A DNA stretch of 64,000 nt, taken from Eledone cirrhosa. Lineage: Eukaryota. Shown piece by piece: positions 12,418 to 25,800 of the stretch; position 1 is the stretch's first letter, and each line of letters opens with the position of its first letter. The DNA lies in assembly GCA_964016885.1 (NCBI GenBank), contig OZ024743.1, forward strand, positions 294,500,001 to 294,564,000, given 5' to 3'. The notes beneath the pieces were generated by a model, which was not told the origin of the DNA, searched no databases, and saw only the letters and a list, made by a program, of their open reading frames with translations. A program made the position numbers and the translations under genes.

Positions 12418-15400
12418 GGTCTAAGCGGCATTCTTTTGCTCGCTCACAGTATGTCGCTATATTTGCCTGTTTAAATTATTTGTTGTTAAATATTTCTTGT
12501 TGTGTAAGGGATATAAGCCCTTAGACCTTGCCCCGTGAAGGGGAAAGTATAATATTTGGGCCTTTTGGCCCACATATTTGAACTTTTTTTTACATGTTAA
12601 AAAATTTACGAACAAAAAAAACATGTCTGAGCCACGTCCCCCAGCGATATGTCGGCTGTCGTGCGACAACGACGTAGAAGTTGAGAGGAGCGCTACAGCG
12701 AAATTAACACAAATTGAGAACACAAACAGCACCACAAACAATGTAAACAAAGACACCAATGATACCAATAAGAACACTAATTTAAAAAAAAATGACAGTA
12801 ACAGCGACAACGAAAATACAAATAACAAAAAAAAAAAATAACAAATACAACAACAATATCAACACCACTAACATGAAAGCAAATAGCGACACCACCAACA
12901 GCAACAATACCAACTGCACCGAGAACAACGGTGGCAGCAAAGACAACAATGATAACAGCGACAGTGCTAACAACAACACCAACAAGAACACCGTCAACAA
13001 CACCCCCAACGAAAACATGGACTTCTCAAACAAAGATGAAAAGTTGGCAAGTGCAAACTTGGGCCAACTTAACTGTCCCGGTAGAAGCTATTGAGGCAGT
13101 GGAGCGCAAAACGGTGCATTATAGATGCATCTCAGCACAGACCAAAAGGGCAGCTTTAATCTCACAAGAAGATATCGAAGTCGCGCTGAGGTGCATCAGA
13201 GAAGACACCCAGTACATAGAGAGGGGCAGACAGTACAGCACCATTTCGGTGTTGTTCAAGTCAGAAGCCCACGCGATGAAACACGCCATGACTCCTTGCA
13301 AAACCAGCAAGGTCATAATGTACCCCACCCACATGGGAAAAAGAACGTCCCGTCTCTGCATTCCCAGAATCCCACCAGGACTAGACATGTGGTGGCTTCT
13401 GGGATGTGTGATTGTGGAGGGGACGGATACAGTCCCTATAGAAGTGACCAGAACGGCCAGAGAGGACTGGTCCGGGGTTGACCTGGAGATCCTTCTCCAG
13501 ATCAGGCCCGAGAATGTGAAGACAATCCCAGACCATATCCGACTTCAGAATGGGACTGGCATTCATATTATGACCGAAGGCAAAAGGCTGCAGTGTTTTG
13601 TTTGTGGGAAAAAAAAAATTTGCGAGCCTTCTGCCCTCAACTGCTGAAAAAGGCAAGAGGTCGAAAGGCTCCACTGTTGCCGACGCCGGGGCGAGGACCA
13701 CCACCAACACCTGCACCAGCAAAACTACCAACAACAACACCAATAGAAAAACCACCACCAACATTGACCACCCAGGGGGGAAACGAGGAAAGCTGTCAAA
13801 TTCCCCTCCCCCCCAAAATACACAGACCAATAAAACCTTAAACATACATACAAACACACTTACAGACTCAGACCCCTCATCTACCAGTAGTGAAGATGAG
13901 GGAAATCCCAAATCCTCCAAAATACAAAAAAGGAAACACAAAAAGAAAAAAAAACTCAACAAAGCACAAAAGCACCCACAATAATAAACGCAGACACCAC
14001 CCACGCAAACATCTTTCCAATAACACCAACATCAACACCACCATCACCATCACCAGAATCCCCCAAACGCAAACAACCGAAACAGACGCAAGAACAAATA
14101 TTCACACAAACATCTGAAACCACAGACACCGCACTCACAACAAACACAGATACAACCGAAACAACACCACCAAAACCATCACCACCACAACCACGCAAAC
14201 AAATAAGATCACACCAACAAAACATACAAAACTTCGAGCTCGTCAGGAGGGCCAACAAGGAACTGATGGTCCTCGTAGCACGAAGTGAAAATATACAAAA
14301 AGAGGGGGAAATGTTTAAATCGAGCACATTTCGCGTGCCGGAAGATTTGGTTCTGGTGCGAATGTCGCTCGACATATTATAAGAAATAGGAGACAGCTTT
14401 CCTCGGGACGTGGGAACCCCGAACGTAAACCCACTTCAAGACTTTTAAAGGGGTTCCCAAAAGAAACCCCACTAACTATGGAGATCGAACAACTCGACCT
14501 TCACAAGAGCCCGGAAAGTAAGTAAACCTTCCTCTCTCTCTGTTTAACCTGCCAACATGGCCATATTAAGTGTAGGATGTTTAAATGTTCGATGTCTGGG
14601 ATCGTCCTGGAATCAGGGTCACCTGCTCAACGACCTCAGGTCTATAGAAATGGATGTAATTGCAGTCAGCGAGACCAGGATTTCCGACACGCGCGCACTA
14701 GTCCCCATTTTCGACGACTATCAGATCTTTGCATCTGTTAGCCGGCCGGGAATGGGAGGCGGGTGGCAGTGCTATTTAGGAAAGGCCTGGATCTCGAGGT
14801 AAGATCGATCTTCCGGGACCCGGACGGGAATTTGGTGGTCCTGGACGTGAACAATAATGAAGGTGGTGCCTTTAGACTGGTGGCCGTCTATGCTCCTACT
14901 GGGGCAGGTGGCCGGACTTCTTTAGACGCCTGGAAGCCTTTCTGGGTACGTCTCGCCCTTTACTGTTATCGGGGGACTGGAACGGCATCTTAGACGCACG
15001 CTGGGACTGTGTGAGAGTATCCGATAGGAGCGGGGGATGCAAAAGCCTCAAGAACCTGATCAGCCAGTTCCAACTGTCTGACAGGTACCGACTAGATTTC
15101 CCTAATGTGCCAGTGTGGACCTGGGCTAACCGCATAGGGTCATCTAGATCGTATATAGACAGGATATTCATTAGGAAAATAGACAGAAATAGTGTAAGCT
15201 GTCCACGTTTTGAAACGGTCGCCTATTCAGATCACAAATTTGTGATCTGTCTGGTCGACCTAGATAAGACGCGTAGGCTAGGACCTGATTACTGGAAGCT
15301 AAACATGTCATTTCCGGCACGTAAGGCTTACAGGGACCAGGTCAACAATTTAGTTAAGATAAAGTTGACAGGGGGAATCGTCAACAATAGATGGTGGGGG

Positions 15401-18233
15401 GCTCTCAAAAGAGAGATTAGAGTAATGTCGAAAGAGTTTAGCAAAGAAGTAGCATTAGAGAAAAATAGAAAGGAGGGAGAGTTGGTAGATAATTTAGACG
15501 AGGCTATTGGTAGTGGCATTGCAACTGATGTGCTAGCGGCGAGAATGGCATTAGACCATTTCTTCAATGCGAAACACGAAGGTTGCATTGTCAGAGCTAA
15601 GGTGCGTGCTCTGAGAAACGAGGGAACCAAAGCTGTCCGATGGGCCCGCGTGGAAGAGGCGCAGCGTGGTAATAAAACCACGATTCGGTCTTTGACGGAC
15701 CAAAACAGGCTCGAGCTGAGCGATTCCAAGAGGATGTGAGAGGCCTTTCGCCAACATTTCGGTTGTTCGAGGGAAGTGGCGGGTCAGAGATGGTGGCGGA
15801 CTTCAGTCCCTACCTCGATGGCTTGCCGCAACTCTCGACGGCTGACGCTGGGCGCTGCGAAAGGCCAATTACTTCAGCCGAGATTCAGGATGCCCTTGTA
15901 GGCTGCATGAGGCGCAAGTCACCTGGTTTGGATGGTCTGCCCTACAAGCTTTACGTAAATATGCCAGACTTGTTCTCCAATCTCCTCGAAGCGCTCTACT
16001 GCAAGTGGCAGCAAAACGGGAGTATTCCCAGTTCTGTGAGCCGGGGCGTAGTGACGCTGATAAGGAAAGACGAGAAGAAGAGGGACACATTAGACAATTT
16101 CAGACCCATAACTCTGCTCAACACAGTGTTTAAGATTTTTGCCAGGGTGTTAGCGAAGAGGTTGGCGCTTGTCGTCGGGGATTTGATCGGGGAGGCGCAA
16201 ACTTGCGCAATCCCAACCAGGTCCATACAGGACAACCTCCACCTAATGCGATACATCATAGAGAGTGTAGAGTGTAAATCTGGCTTCGGTGGGGCACTAA
16301 TCAATTTAGATCAATCGAAAGCATTCGATAGGGTCGACCATCGCTACCTGGAGGCTGTCCTCAAGGCGGCTGGCTTCGGCCCCGTCTTCAGAAGCTGGAT
16401 CGATGCAATGCACAGCGGCACCAGCTCGATGGTCAAAATTAATGGCCACCTCTCGGAACCGTTTCAGGTCTCCCGATTGGTCCGTCAAGGGTGCCCTCTC
16501 TCCTCCCTTCTGTACGTATTGACTCTCGAGCCTTTACTGCGGAAGCTGGAGCTGTTGCAGGGCATCCCGCTCGAACCGGGATGCGGAAAGGCTGTGTCGG
16601 CTTATGCGGACGACATCACCGTGATGGTATCGGACACCTCAGAAATCGAGGTGGTCGGCAACTTATTGGAGGAATATGAAAGGTTGACGGGAGCAAAACG
16701 TAACCCGGAAAAGTCAGTGGGCTTGCAACTCGGCACCTGGAGAGGCAAGTCCATGCCGTCCAACAGCGTCGTCAGGCGCTGGACGGACGAACCGAATAAG
16801 TTGCTAGAGGTTTGGTTTCGGCCAGACCTCCAGGTGGATAAGAATTGGGACGAGGTGACGGGCAGGGTAGTCAGTCTAACCCAGAAATGGGCTGGGATGA
16901 AGCTATCACTGAAAGGTCGGGCGGAGGTGGGGAACGCGTACATCGCATCCGTCATCTACTACCGTCTGACTGTCGTCCCTTGCCCCCGTTCGCGCCTCGC
17001 CTTCTTGGAGCGGCTCCTCTTCAAATTCTTGTGGAGGGGTCAGGTTCCGCAGGTGAGGCGGTCCATCTGCTGCCAGCACCCTCTACGTGGAGGGCTTGGC
17101 ATGCCGTGGCTAATGATGCGCAGGCACGCGCTGAGGCTGCGGCATCTCCAGATATTCTGCCTAAACGGTGAACAGGTGTGGTCGCCGTGTGTCAGACGGG
17201 CCTTTCCGCAGCTCGTTTATTTGACTGAGCTGCAGTCCTGGGTCAAGTAGAGACCGAGACTGGGTGACTGGCATCTGGAATGTTGCCAGGCACGCACTGC
17301 CCTCTACCAGGCGGGCAATGCGTTCAGTGGAACTTCCACTCTCGAGTTATATAGAGGATTAGTGGTGGGCGAGTGCGACGACGCACTCGGAGAGGCTCTG
17401 GGAGTCAACGAAGTCGAACTAACCAGTCTGTACCGGAGGACTTTCGAGCCGGGGACGATGGATAATTTCCAAAAATCCCTCGCTTGGCAGTGCTACCGGG
17501 GGGCACTACCGGTTCGAGATAAACTCTACAGGCTGTCAGACGGATCTGCCCGACATGCGCGCAGAGCGACGAAACCGTTCTGCACGCACTCGTCCAGTGT
17601 CCGTGCATTACTGACTTGTGGAATTATGTTGAACAGCTGTTGTCGCGTGTAGAACGGATCCGGCTATCGGTCGAGTCCATAGTGAAGATCGACCCGCCGC
17701 CTTCTTTTGGCCAGGAAGGGCAGGCAATTTTCCTCTGTCTGGTGGCAGTAGCGAAAGCGGTTGTATGGTGGACGAGGTTGAAAGGACTGAAGACAGACAC
17801 TTTTCTCTTCGGCCAATCCCTCATCAACTTTTTCAAGTTTCACTTGGAAAGGAAGGTGATGGTCGAGAGAGAATTGCTGCCCCCCAGTACATTTGCTGAA
17901 AGGTGGGTGAATGTGGCGAGAATGGCCCGTGTGAGTGGGCCTACTCTGGTCATGCGGCTGTAGGTAGGTAAATTTGAAGAGGAGAGGGGTGCCCTTCCAG
18001 GGTTCTCTCGAAGCGTCGGGTCGTTCAGGACTGGTGGGGTACCTGAGCGAACCCTAGGTGGTCATCCTCTCTATTGGGGAATGTTTTCTTGTAATTTTTT
18101 TGTTACTTTATTGTTACTTTGTTATTGTTACTTTGTTTATTCATATTGTTTACTCGATTTTTCTGTAAAACCCCACTGTCCCAGTCTTTTGTATTGTCCC
18201 CTATATGTCGGCCCTTGTGGCCAATAAATGAAA

Positions 18234-18235
<2 letters not shown>
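12418..18235 (+). mobile_element. L1/Tx1-clade LINE copy B (distinct subfamily), full length, decayed
   Basis: ORF1 12623-14525 (poly-N, CFVCG knuckle), ORF2 14557-17963, 3' end CCCTTGTGGCCAATAAATGAAATC then (ATT)17. Confidence 0.92.
14557..17963 (+). pseudogene. Tx1-B ORF2 (APE-RT-zinc finger)
   Basis: VGCLNVR, AVSET, YSDH, KSPGLDGL, NFRPITLLN, LDQSKAFDRV, VRQGCPLS, AYADD. Confidence 0.9.

Positions 18236-18286
<51 letters not shown>
18236..18286 (+). repeat. (ATT)17 junction microsatellite
   Basis: Perfect tract after Tx1-B. Confidence 0.98.
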
Positions 18287-18288
18287 TT

Positions 18289-21200
18289 AATAATAATTTC
18301 TTTATTAACCACAAGGGTTTACATAAAGTAGACATTAATACAAAACAGAACAATAGATGACGGTACAAATGGGCATTTCTGCGTGTAAAAAAAAAACCAG
18401 AAGTAACAAAAAAATAACAATGAAAAATTCCCCAATATGGGGGAGACTTCCGAGGGACATTTGTGGTGAAACCCCATTAAAAGGACACAGTGACCCTGAT
18501 CACCAGGGCAAGTGCTCTCTCCCAGTTTTCCACCTTTAATTTACAGACACATACTCGGAGTAGGCCCATTCACTCGGGCCATACTTGCTTCTCTCACCCA
18601 TCTTTCAACAAAATGCTGGGAAGAGAGCACTTCCCTCTCTACCCTGATTTTCCTTTTCAAATGAAATTTGAAAAAGTTAATCAGGGCATCACCGAAGAGG
18701 TAAGTGCTCGTCTTCAGCTCTTTCAAACGTGTCCACCATACTATCTCTTTCGCCATGGCCACCAGACAGATAAAAACTGCCTGCCCTTCCCGGAAGAGGG
18801 CGGTGCATCCTCACGATGGACTCAGCTGATAGCAGGATCCGTCCTACACGTGACAGCAGGTGTTCAACATAAACCCACAAGTCAGCAACGCTCGGACGCG
18901 GGACGAGTGCGTGCAGGACGGTTTCGTCGCCCTGCGCGCATCTCGGACATGCCCGGTGACGGCACCTCCATGCCTGTAGAGTTTATCCCGAACTGGCAAA
19001 GCTCCTCGGTAGCACTGCCAGGCCAGGAATTTCTGGAAGTTGTCCGTAGAGCCCAGCCCGAAAGTTCTTCCAAAGAGATTGGCTAGTTCAATTCGTCGAC
19101 GCCTAGAGTATCCCCAAGTATGTCGTCGCCCTTTCTCCACCACTAATCCTCTATAGAACGCCAAGGTGGAGTTTCCACCGATCACATTGCCCGATTGGTC
19201 GAGGGCTGTGAGCGCCTGAAGACATTTCAGTCTCCAAGCGCTCCCTCTCGGTCTTCGCTTGACCCAGGACTGCAGCTCCGTCAAGGAGACGAGCTGGGGA
19301 AAGACGTGACTAGCAAACGGCGACCACACCTGATCACCGTCGAGGAAGAGGTGGAGATGTCGTAGCCTGAGCGCGTATCTGCGCATCGTTAGCCACGGCA
19401 TGCCCAGCCCTCCACGTAGCGGGTGTTGACATCAGATGGACCGCCTCATCATTGGAGCGCGTCCCTTCCACAAAAAGAGAAAGAGCAAACGCTCCAGCGC
19501 AGTCAGGCGGGGCTTAGGACATGGTACGACGGTCAGGCGGTAGCAGATGACAGACGCAATGTACGCGTTAGCCACCTCCGCTTGACCTTTCATGGATAGC
19601 TTCCTCTCCGCCCATTTCTGGGTGAGAGAAGCCACCCTGCTCGTCACCTTGTCCCAGTTTTTGTCCGACTGGAGGTCCGGACCGAATCAGACCCCTAGAA
19701 ATTTACCGGTCCGTCCGTCCAGCGTCCGCCGACGCTGTTGGACGGCATGGACCTGCCTCTCCAGGTGCCGAGCTGCAGGCCCACTGACTTTTCCTGGTTG
19801 ATCATTGCTCCTGTCACCGCTTCGTATTCTCCTAGTGTAGTGCCGATCGCCTCGATGTGTTTGGCGTTCGACACTACTACGGTGACATAGTCGGCATATG
19901 CTGACACGGATCTTCCGCATCCTAGTTCGCGCGGGACGCCCCTCAACATCTCCAGATTGTGCAGTAATGGCTCGAGAGTCAATACGTACAAGAGGGACGA
20001 GAGGGGACATCCTTGGCGGACCGAGCGCATGATGTTGAATGGTTCCGAAAGGTGACCATTCACTCTCACCACATAGCAGATGTCGCTGTGCATGGCAGCG
20101 ATCCAGCCTCTGAAAGCGGCCCGAAGCCGGCCGCCCTCAGGACTGCCGCCACATAACGATGGTCGACCCTATCGAAAGCTTTCGACTGATCAGAATTGAT
20201 CAAAGACCCACCCGTGCCAGGTTCCCTAGCTACACTCTCCACGATGTATCGCATGAGGTGGAGGTTGTCGTGGACGGATCTGTCAGGAATGGCGGATGTC
20301 TGCGCCTCTCCTACAAGACCACCAACGAACGACAAGCGCCAACCTCTTTGCTAGCACGTTGGCCAAAATCTTGAACTCTGTGTTTAGAAGAGTTTGGGCC
20401 TGAAATTATCTATGTTATCCCCCTTGTTCGGATCCTTTTTCAGCAGCCACCGCTGCTCGGCTCACAGAGCTGGGAATTCTCCCATTCTGTTGCCAGTTTC
20501 AGTAGACGTCCGCCAAGAGGCCTCCGAACAAGTCTGGCATCTGTACGTAAAGTTCATAGGGCTGACCATCCCCTCAGGCGATTTACCCCTTGTGCAGCCA
20601 GTCATTGCCTCCCATACTTCAGCTGCTGTTATCGACTTTTTGCAACACTCCGTCTCAGTGGCCGAGAGCCACGGCAGTCCGTCGAGGTAGACACTAACGT
20701 CCATCTTTCGATCCAGCCCGCCGCTGCCCCCGAACAGATGAGGAAGTGTCGCTGAAAAGCTTCATACATTTGCTCGGGATCGAGTAGCATGCGCCCGTTG
20801 TGGTCCACCAAAGACCGGATCGTGGATTTGTAGCCACAACTCGCCTCCTCCACTCGGGCCCATTGAACGTCTTTCGTCCCCTCGTGTCTGAGAGCACGCA
20901 CCCTAGTTCTGACAACGCAGCCTTCGTGCTTTGCATTGAAGAATTGGTCAAGGGCCAATTTCGCCGCAAGTACATCGGTCGCGATGCCTTTTCTAAGCGC
21001 CTCGTCTAATTTTCTAACTAGTTCTCCCTCTGCTCTATTTTTCTATATTGCTAAAGCTTTACTAAACTTAATGGACTCTGTTTTAATCGCTCTTTTCAGA
21101 GCAAACCTCCAATTGTTGTTGACGATGGCCTCCGTCAACGCCCGCTTTACTAGTCCGCTCATCCGCTCTCTTTAGGCCTTGCGCGCTGGTAATGACGCGT

Positions 21201-22576
21201 TTAGCTTCCAGTAGCCGGGACCTTGTCTATGAAGCCTATCTAAGTCAACCACACAGATCAGTAATTTGTGGTCCGTGTAGCTGACTATCTTGAATTGTGG
21301 AAGCCTATGCTAGACCTATTTATTTCCCTACAAAATACTCTATCTAGATATGATCTGGATGACCCGATGCGGTTTGTCCAAGTTCACATTGGCACATTCG
21401 GGAAATCCAATTGGTACCTCTCAGACAGTTCAAAACGCCTGAGCATGTCGGTGAGGCTCTTGCACCATCCTTCCCTATCCGCTAATCCCACACGATACCA
21501 GCGGGCATCTAAGATCTCGTTCCAGTCGCCCACTAACACTAAAGAGCGGGACGTTCCAAGAAAGGTCTCCAGATGCCGGAAGAAATCAGGCCGCCCTGAA
21601 AGCTTGCCTGTCTCCGCTGGTCACGTCCAGCATCACCAACTTACCTCTGAGTCCAGGAAGATAGCCCGTATGGTGAGATCCAAACCTCCCCGAAAAAGCA
21701 CAGCAACTCCTCCCCCGATCCAGCACAGCTGGAAGATGCGTACACATTGTAGCCGCCGAAGATCGGTGCGAAGGCCCGTGCCTCGGAGATTCTGGTTTCG
21801 CTGATGGCCACCACATCTATGTTTAGCGACCTGAGATCGTTCAGCAGGTGCCCCTGCTTCCAAGACGACCCCAGGCCACGTACATTTATGCTACCTATTC
21901 TGAGAGTAGCCATGTTGGCTAGGATAGGAGGAAAATAAGTGAGAGGGGAGAGGTACAAAAAATTACCTGTGGCTCTTCTTTAGGAAGGGGGTGGGTGATC
22001 CATCCCTCCGACCATTGGTGGGTTTCTCCACGAGAATATCCGTGAATATTCTTTTGGTGATGTTCCCTCGGTAGTCTCCAATTGATGTGGGGAACATTTT
22101 TTTTTTATGTTATGTAATTTTTTTGTGTAATTTCTATTATTTTTATGTGTGCGTGTGGGGGTGCAATTTTGGTAGTTTGTGCGTAGTTTGTTTCTGTTCG
22201 TGTGGTGTTGAATGTGGTGTTGTCTGTGTCTATAGCTGTTTATTGTGTTTGCTGTTTGGGTGTTGGTGTTTTCTGTGTTTGCTGACGTGTTGTTGGAGGT
22301 GACGATGGGGTAGATGGTATGAGTGGTGGCGGTGGTGTTGGTGGTGGCGGTGGTGATGGTGGGGTAGTTTTCATTTTCTTTTTTTTTAAGGTTCTTTCTT
22401 CCTATTTTTTTTTTGGGGGGGGGGGGGGAAGGGGGAATTTCTTCCTTTTTTGTTGGAATAGTCCTCCACTCTACGTACGGCCTCATCGCACTCCTTATCC
22501 GATTTGGGTATATCAGGAAGGGGTATGCTTTCCATTGGTTTCGTGGGTGGTGGAAGAGATGGTGTATTTGTTGTTG
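18289..22576 (-). mobile_element. L1/Tx1-clade LINE copy C, inverted, truncated within ORF1
   Basis: ORF2 remnant 18541-21913 (MATLRIGSINVRGL...VRQGCPLS...RVNGPT), ORF1 C-terminal part above ~21963, 3' UTR like A/E. Confidence 0.9.
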
Positions 22577-22620
22577 TACTTTGTGTAAACCCTTGTGGTT
22601 AATAAAGAAAGCATTATTAG

Positions 22621-22800
22621 TGGATTGGCAGTATCGGTAGAGGGTCGGACGCCATGCTTTCCGGCATAGTTACGTCCCTTTACGATCTGAGTTCAAATCC
22701 CGCCGAGGTTGACTTTACCTTTCATCCTTACGGGGTCGATAAAATAAAGTACCAGTAATGCACTGGGTAATTGCTGGCCTTGTGCCTAAAGTAGAAACAA
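22621..22800 (+). mobile_element. tRNA-derived SINE with (ATT)n tail (22800-22829); resembles octopus SINE families
   Basis: TGGCAGTATCGG A-box-like, GAGTTCAAATCC B-box; more than 10 related copies in the window. Confidence 0.85.
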
Positions 22801-22829
22801 TTATTATTATTATTATTATTATTATTATT

Positions 22830-25800
22830 GGTTGGGAAGCCACGCTTCTTATCGCCTCCAGTCATTTTCAACGTTTTACCTCTTTTTCAACCGTTCTAAA
22901 CCTTTTATTCAAGTTTTAAATTTGATAAAATTTAGAAGAAGTGACCCACCTAATACAGGGGTTCACTAGTAAATAATACGGCACCCCTTTAAGGGGTGTC
23001 GTATTCGTATTTGTGTAAAAATATTTTTTGAAAAATTTCAACATGGATAACACAAAAAAGAGAGAGAGAGCGCTGTCAGACAACACAGAGAGAGGGAGAC
23101 TTTATCAGCATGTCAACAAGACAGCGTTCCAGCGGAGGTAAATATAAACGAAAATATTACAAAGGAAAAAACGATTGTTACAGATTTAAAATTAACAAAT
23201 ATTTCTAACACAAACAACACCAACAATAACACCAACAACATCACCAACAACAACACCAAAAATAACAGCGGTAAAGTCGAGAACGACAATAACAAAAATA
23301 ACAGCGGTAAGGTCGAGAACGACAATAACAACAGCCACAACAACAATAATAGTAGGAACAGTATCAACAAAAACAACAATAATAACAACAGCCGCAATAA
23401 CAGTAACAGCAACAACAGTATCAACGAAAACAACACCAACAACTGTACCAGCGAAAAGAACAACAATGACACCGATACCTGTAATAGCGACCTCAGCACC
23501 ACCAGTAAGACCAGTAGCGGCAGCAATAGTGGTGCTGCTGAAAAAGGGACCACTTCTTTTGCAGGTGTCGCCCGAAATATCGAGACAGTGTTAGTCACAG
23601 AGGAGGAGATGGCAGTCGCAAGGGCCATGGTGACAAGAAGCGCAAATAGAGTTTCCCTGAAACCTCCACCCGATTTTTTCAAGGACCAGCAGCTACGAAC
23701 GGTGACTTACCGCACCGTAAGCAAAATCTCACATCGAGTGGAGAGAGCCACGGAGGCTCAAATCCAAATGGCCTTGGGGTGCGTCTGGGCACGCAAAACC
23801 CACATCACCCGAGGCAGAAAGTACGCCACAGTAGACGTACTTTTCGCCACCCCCCAGGAAGCAAAGTCTCACACTTTGGAAACCCTAAAGAGTGAGGAGT
23901 TAGTCTTGATGCCCTCCTACTGCGGGCAGAAAATTGTGAGGGTCAAAGTGACCCAGGTCCCACCCGACGTGCCCATACCTTGGCTGGCCGCGTCTGTCCT
24001 TGCTGGAGTTGAGAACAGGGCGACCATGCTGCAAGTAGAAACAATAGGGAGAGAGAACTGGTCTGGTATAGGCATGCAAATGCTTATACAAACTGAGCAG
24101 GAATGTATCGAGGCTATCCCCGATATCATAGACTTTGAGGAAGGACTCCAACTCCCTATAAGTGTAGAAGGAAGATGGCCAAAATGTTATCTCTGTGGGT
24201 CGAAAGGTCACCTCAGGGCCTTTTTCCCGCAGAAGACAACACCGAAGAGGGCCCCTCTCCTTCCAATACCTGGTCCGCTGCTACCAAGAGCAGGACAGGC
24301 AACAAACGAAGAAGCCCCTTCCACGGTGAGTAGGAGGGCAATGTCCGTAGCACCCGTACCAAGGCCACGGATAATAAAGCAGCATCATCAGTAGTGGCAA
24401 CACCAATAGCTACATTTGAAATAGCTACACAAGCAACATTGCCGAAGAGGGCTCCACTACCACCACCAACAGCCGTGAAGCACATACTCTTCCCAGACGC
24501 CACAGAATCCGACATGGAGTTTGAGGCGGGAGTGACCTGGCAAACAGTCTGCCACAAAAAACAAAAAAGAAAGAAACCCTTAGATTCACCCTCGAAAAGC
24601 TAAGGCATACAAAGAGGGGTAAAGGCAGCAAGGAAACTTGCAGCAACACCACCACAAACACCAACAAAGCAAACACAACAAGACACACACACGAAACAGC
24701 AACAAGAAGAAAACGGCAACAAAATCACCCCTCCCCCAAAAAGTACACAGCCATAAACATAGCAAAAAAAGAACTCATAAAATATGTAAAGCAGCACACA
24801 GACATCACGGAAAAAACTACTACACCTCACCAACACCAAGAACTCTCCCGACAAACATAAGCAACATCGAAATCTCAATAGAACAATACAAACCTTTAAA
24901 AGAAAAATTCCCCAACGCAGTTGGAGACTTCAGAGGTACGGTTACCAACAGGATATACACTGACATCCTCTTGGAAACACCCATGATCAGCGAAAGGGAC
25001 GGTTCTACTGTCCCTTCACCACACGAAAAAGGTAAGTGACCCTTTGTCATTTACCCCGTTTCTCATCCAACATGGCTGAACTGAGAATAGGCAGTATAAA
25101 TTCACGTGGCCTGGGGTCATCTTGGAAGCAGGGTCACCTGCTCAATGACCTCAGGTCACTAAACATAGATGTGGTGGCCATCAGTGAAACCAGATCTCCG
25201 AGGCACGGGCCTTCTCAGCGATCTTCGGCGGCTACGATGGATACGCATCTCCCAGCCGCCCAGGATAGGGGGGAGGGGTTGCCGTCCTTTTTCGGAGAGG
25301 CTTGGATCTCGCGATACGGGCCATCTTCCTGGACCCAGAAGGTAAGTCGGTGGTGCTGGACGTGACCGGCAGCAAAGGCAATGCTTTCAGGCTAGTAGCC
25401 GTCTTCGCCCCAACAGGGGAAGGACGGCCTGATTTCTTCAGACGTCTAGAGACCTTTCTTGGAACGTCCCGCTCTTTAGTGATAGTGGGCGACTGGAACG
25501 GTATCTTGGATGCACGCTGAGATCGTGTGGGGCTAGTGGATAGGGGAGAAGGGTGCAAGAGCCTCACCAACCTGCTCAGACGTTTTGAACTGTCTGACAG
25601 GTATCGACTGCATCACCTGAATGTGCCAATGTGGACATGGACAAACCGAATCGGGTCATCCAGATCGTATCTAGATAGGGTATTCTGCAGGGAACTAGAT
25701 AAGGCTAGTATAAGTTGTCCACAATTTAAAATATTCGACTACACAGACCACAAATTTGTGATCTGTGAGATCGACATAGACAGACTTCACAGACAAGGGC

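Noticed and set aside
22621-22710. tRNA genes at A/B-box motifs
   Set aside because: No cloverleaf; the motifs are heads of a multicopy SINE
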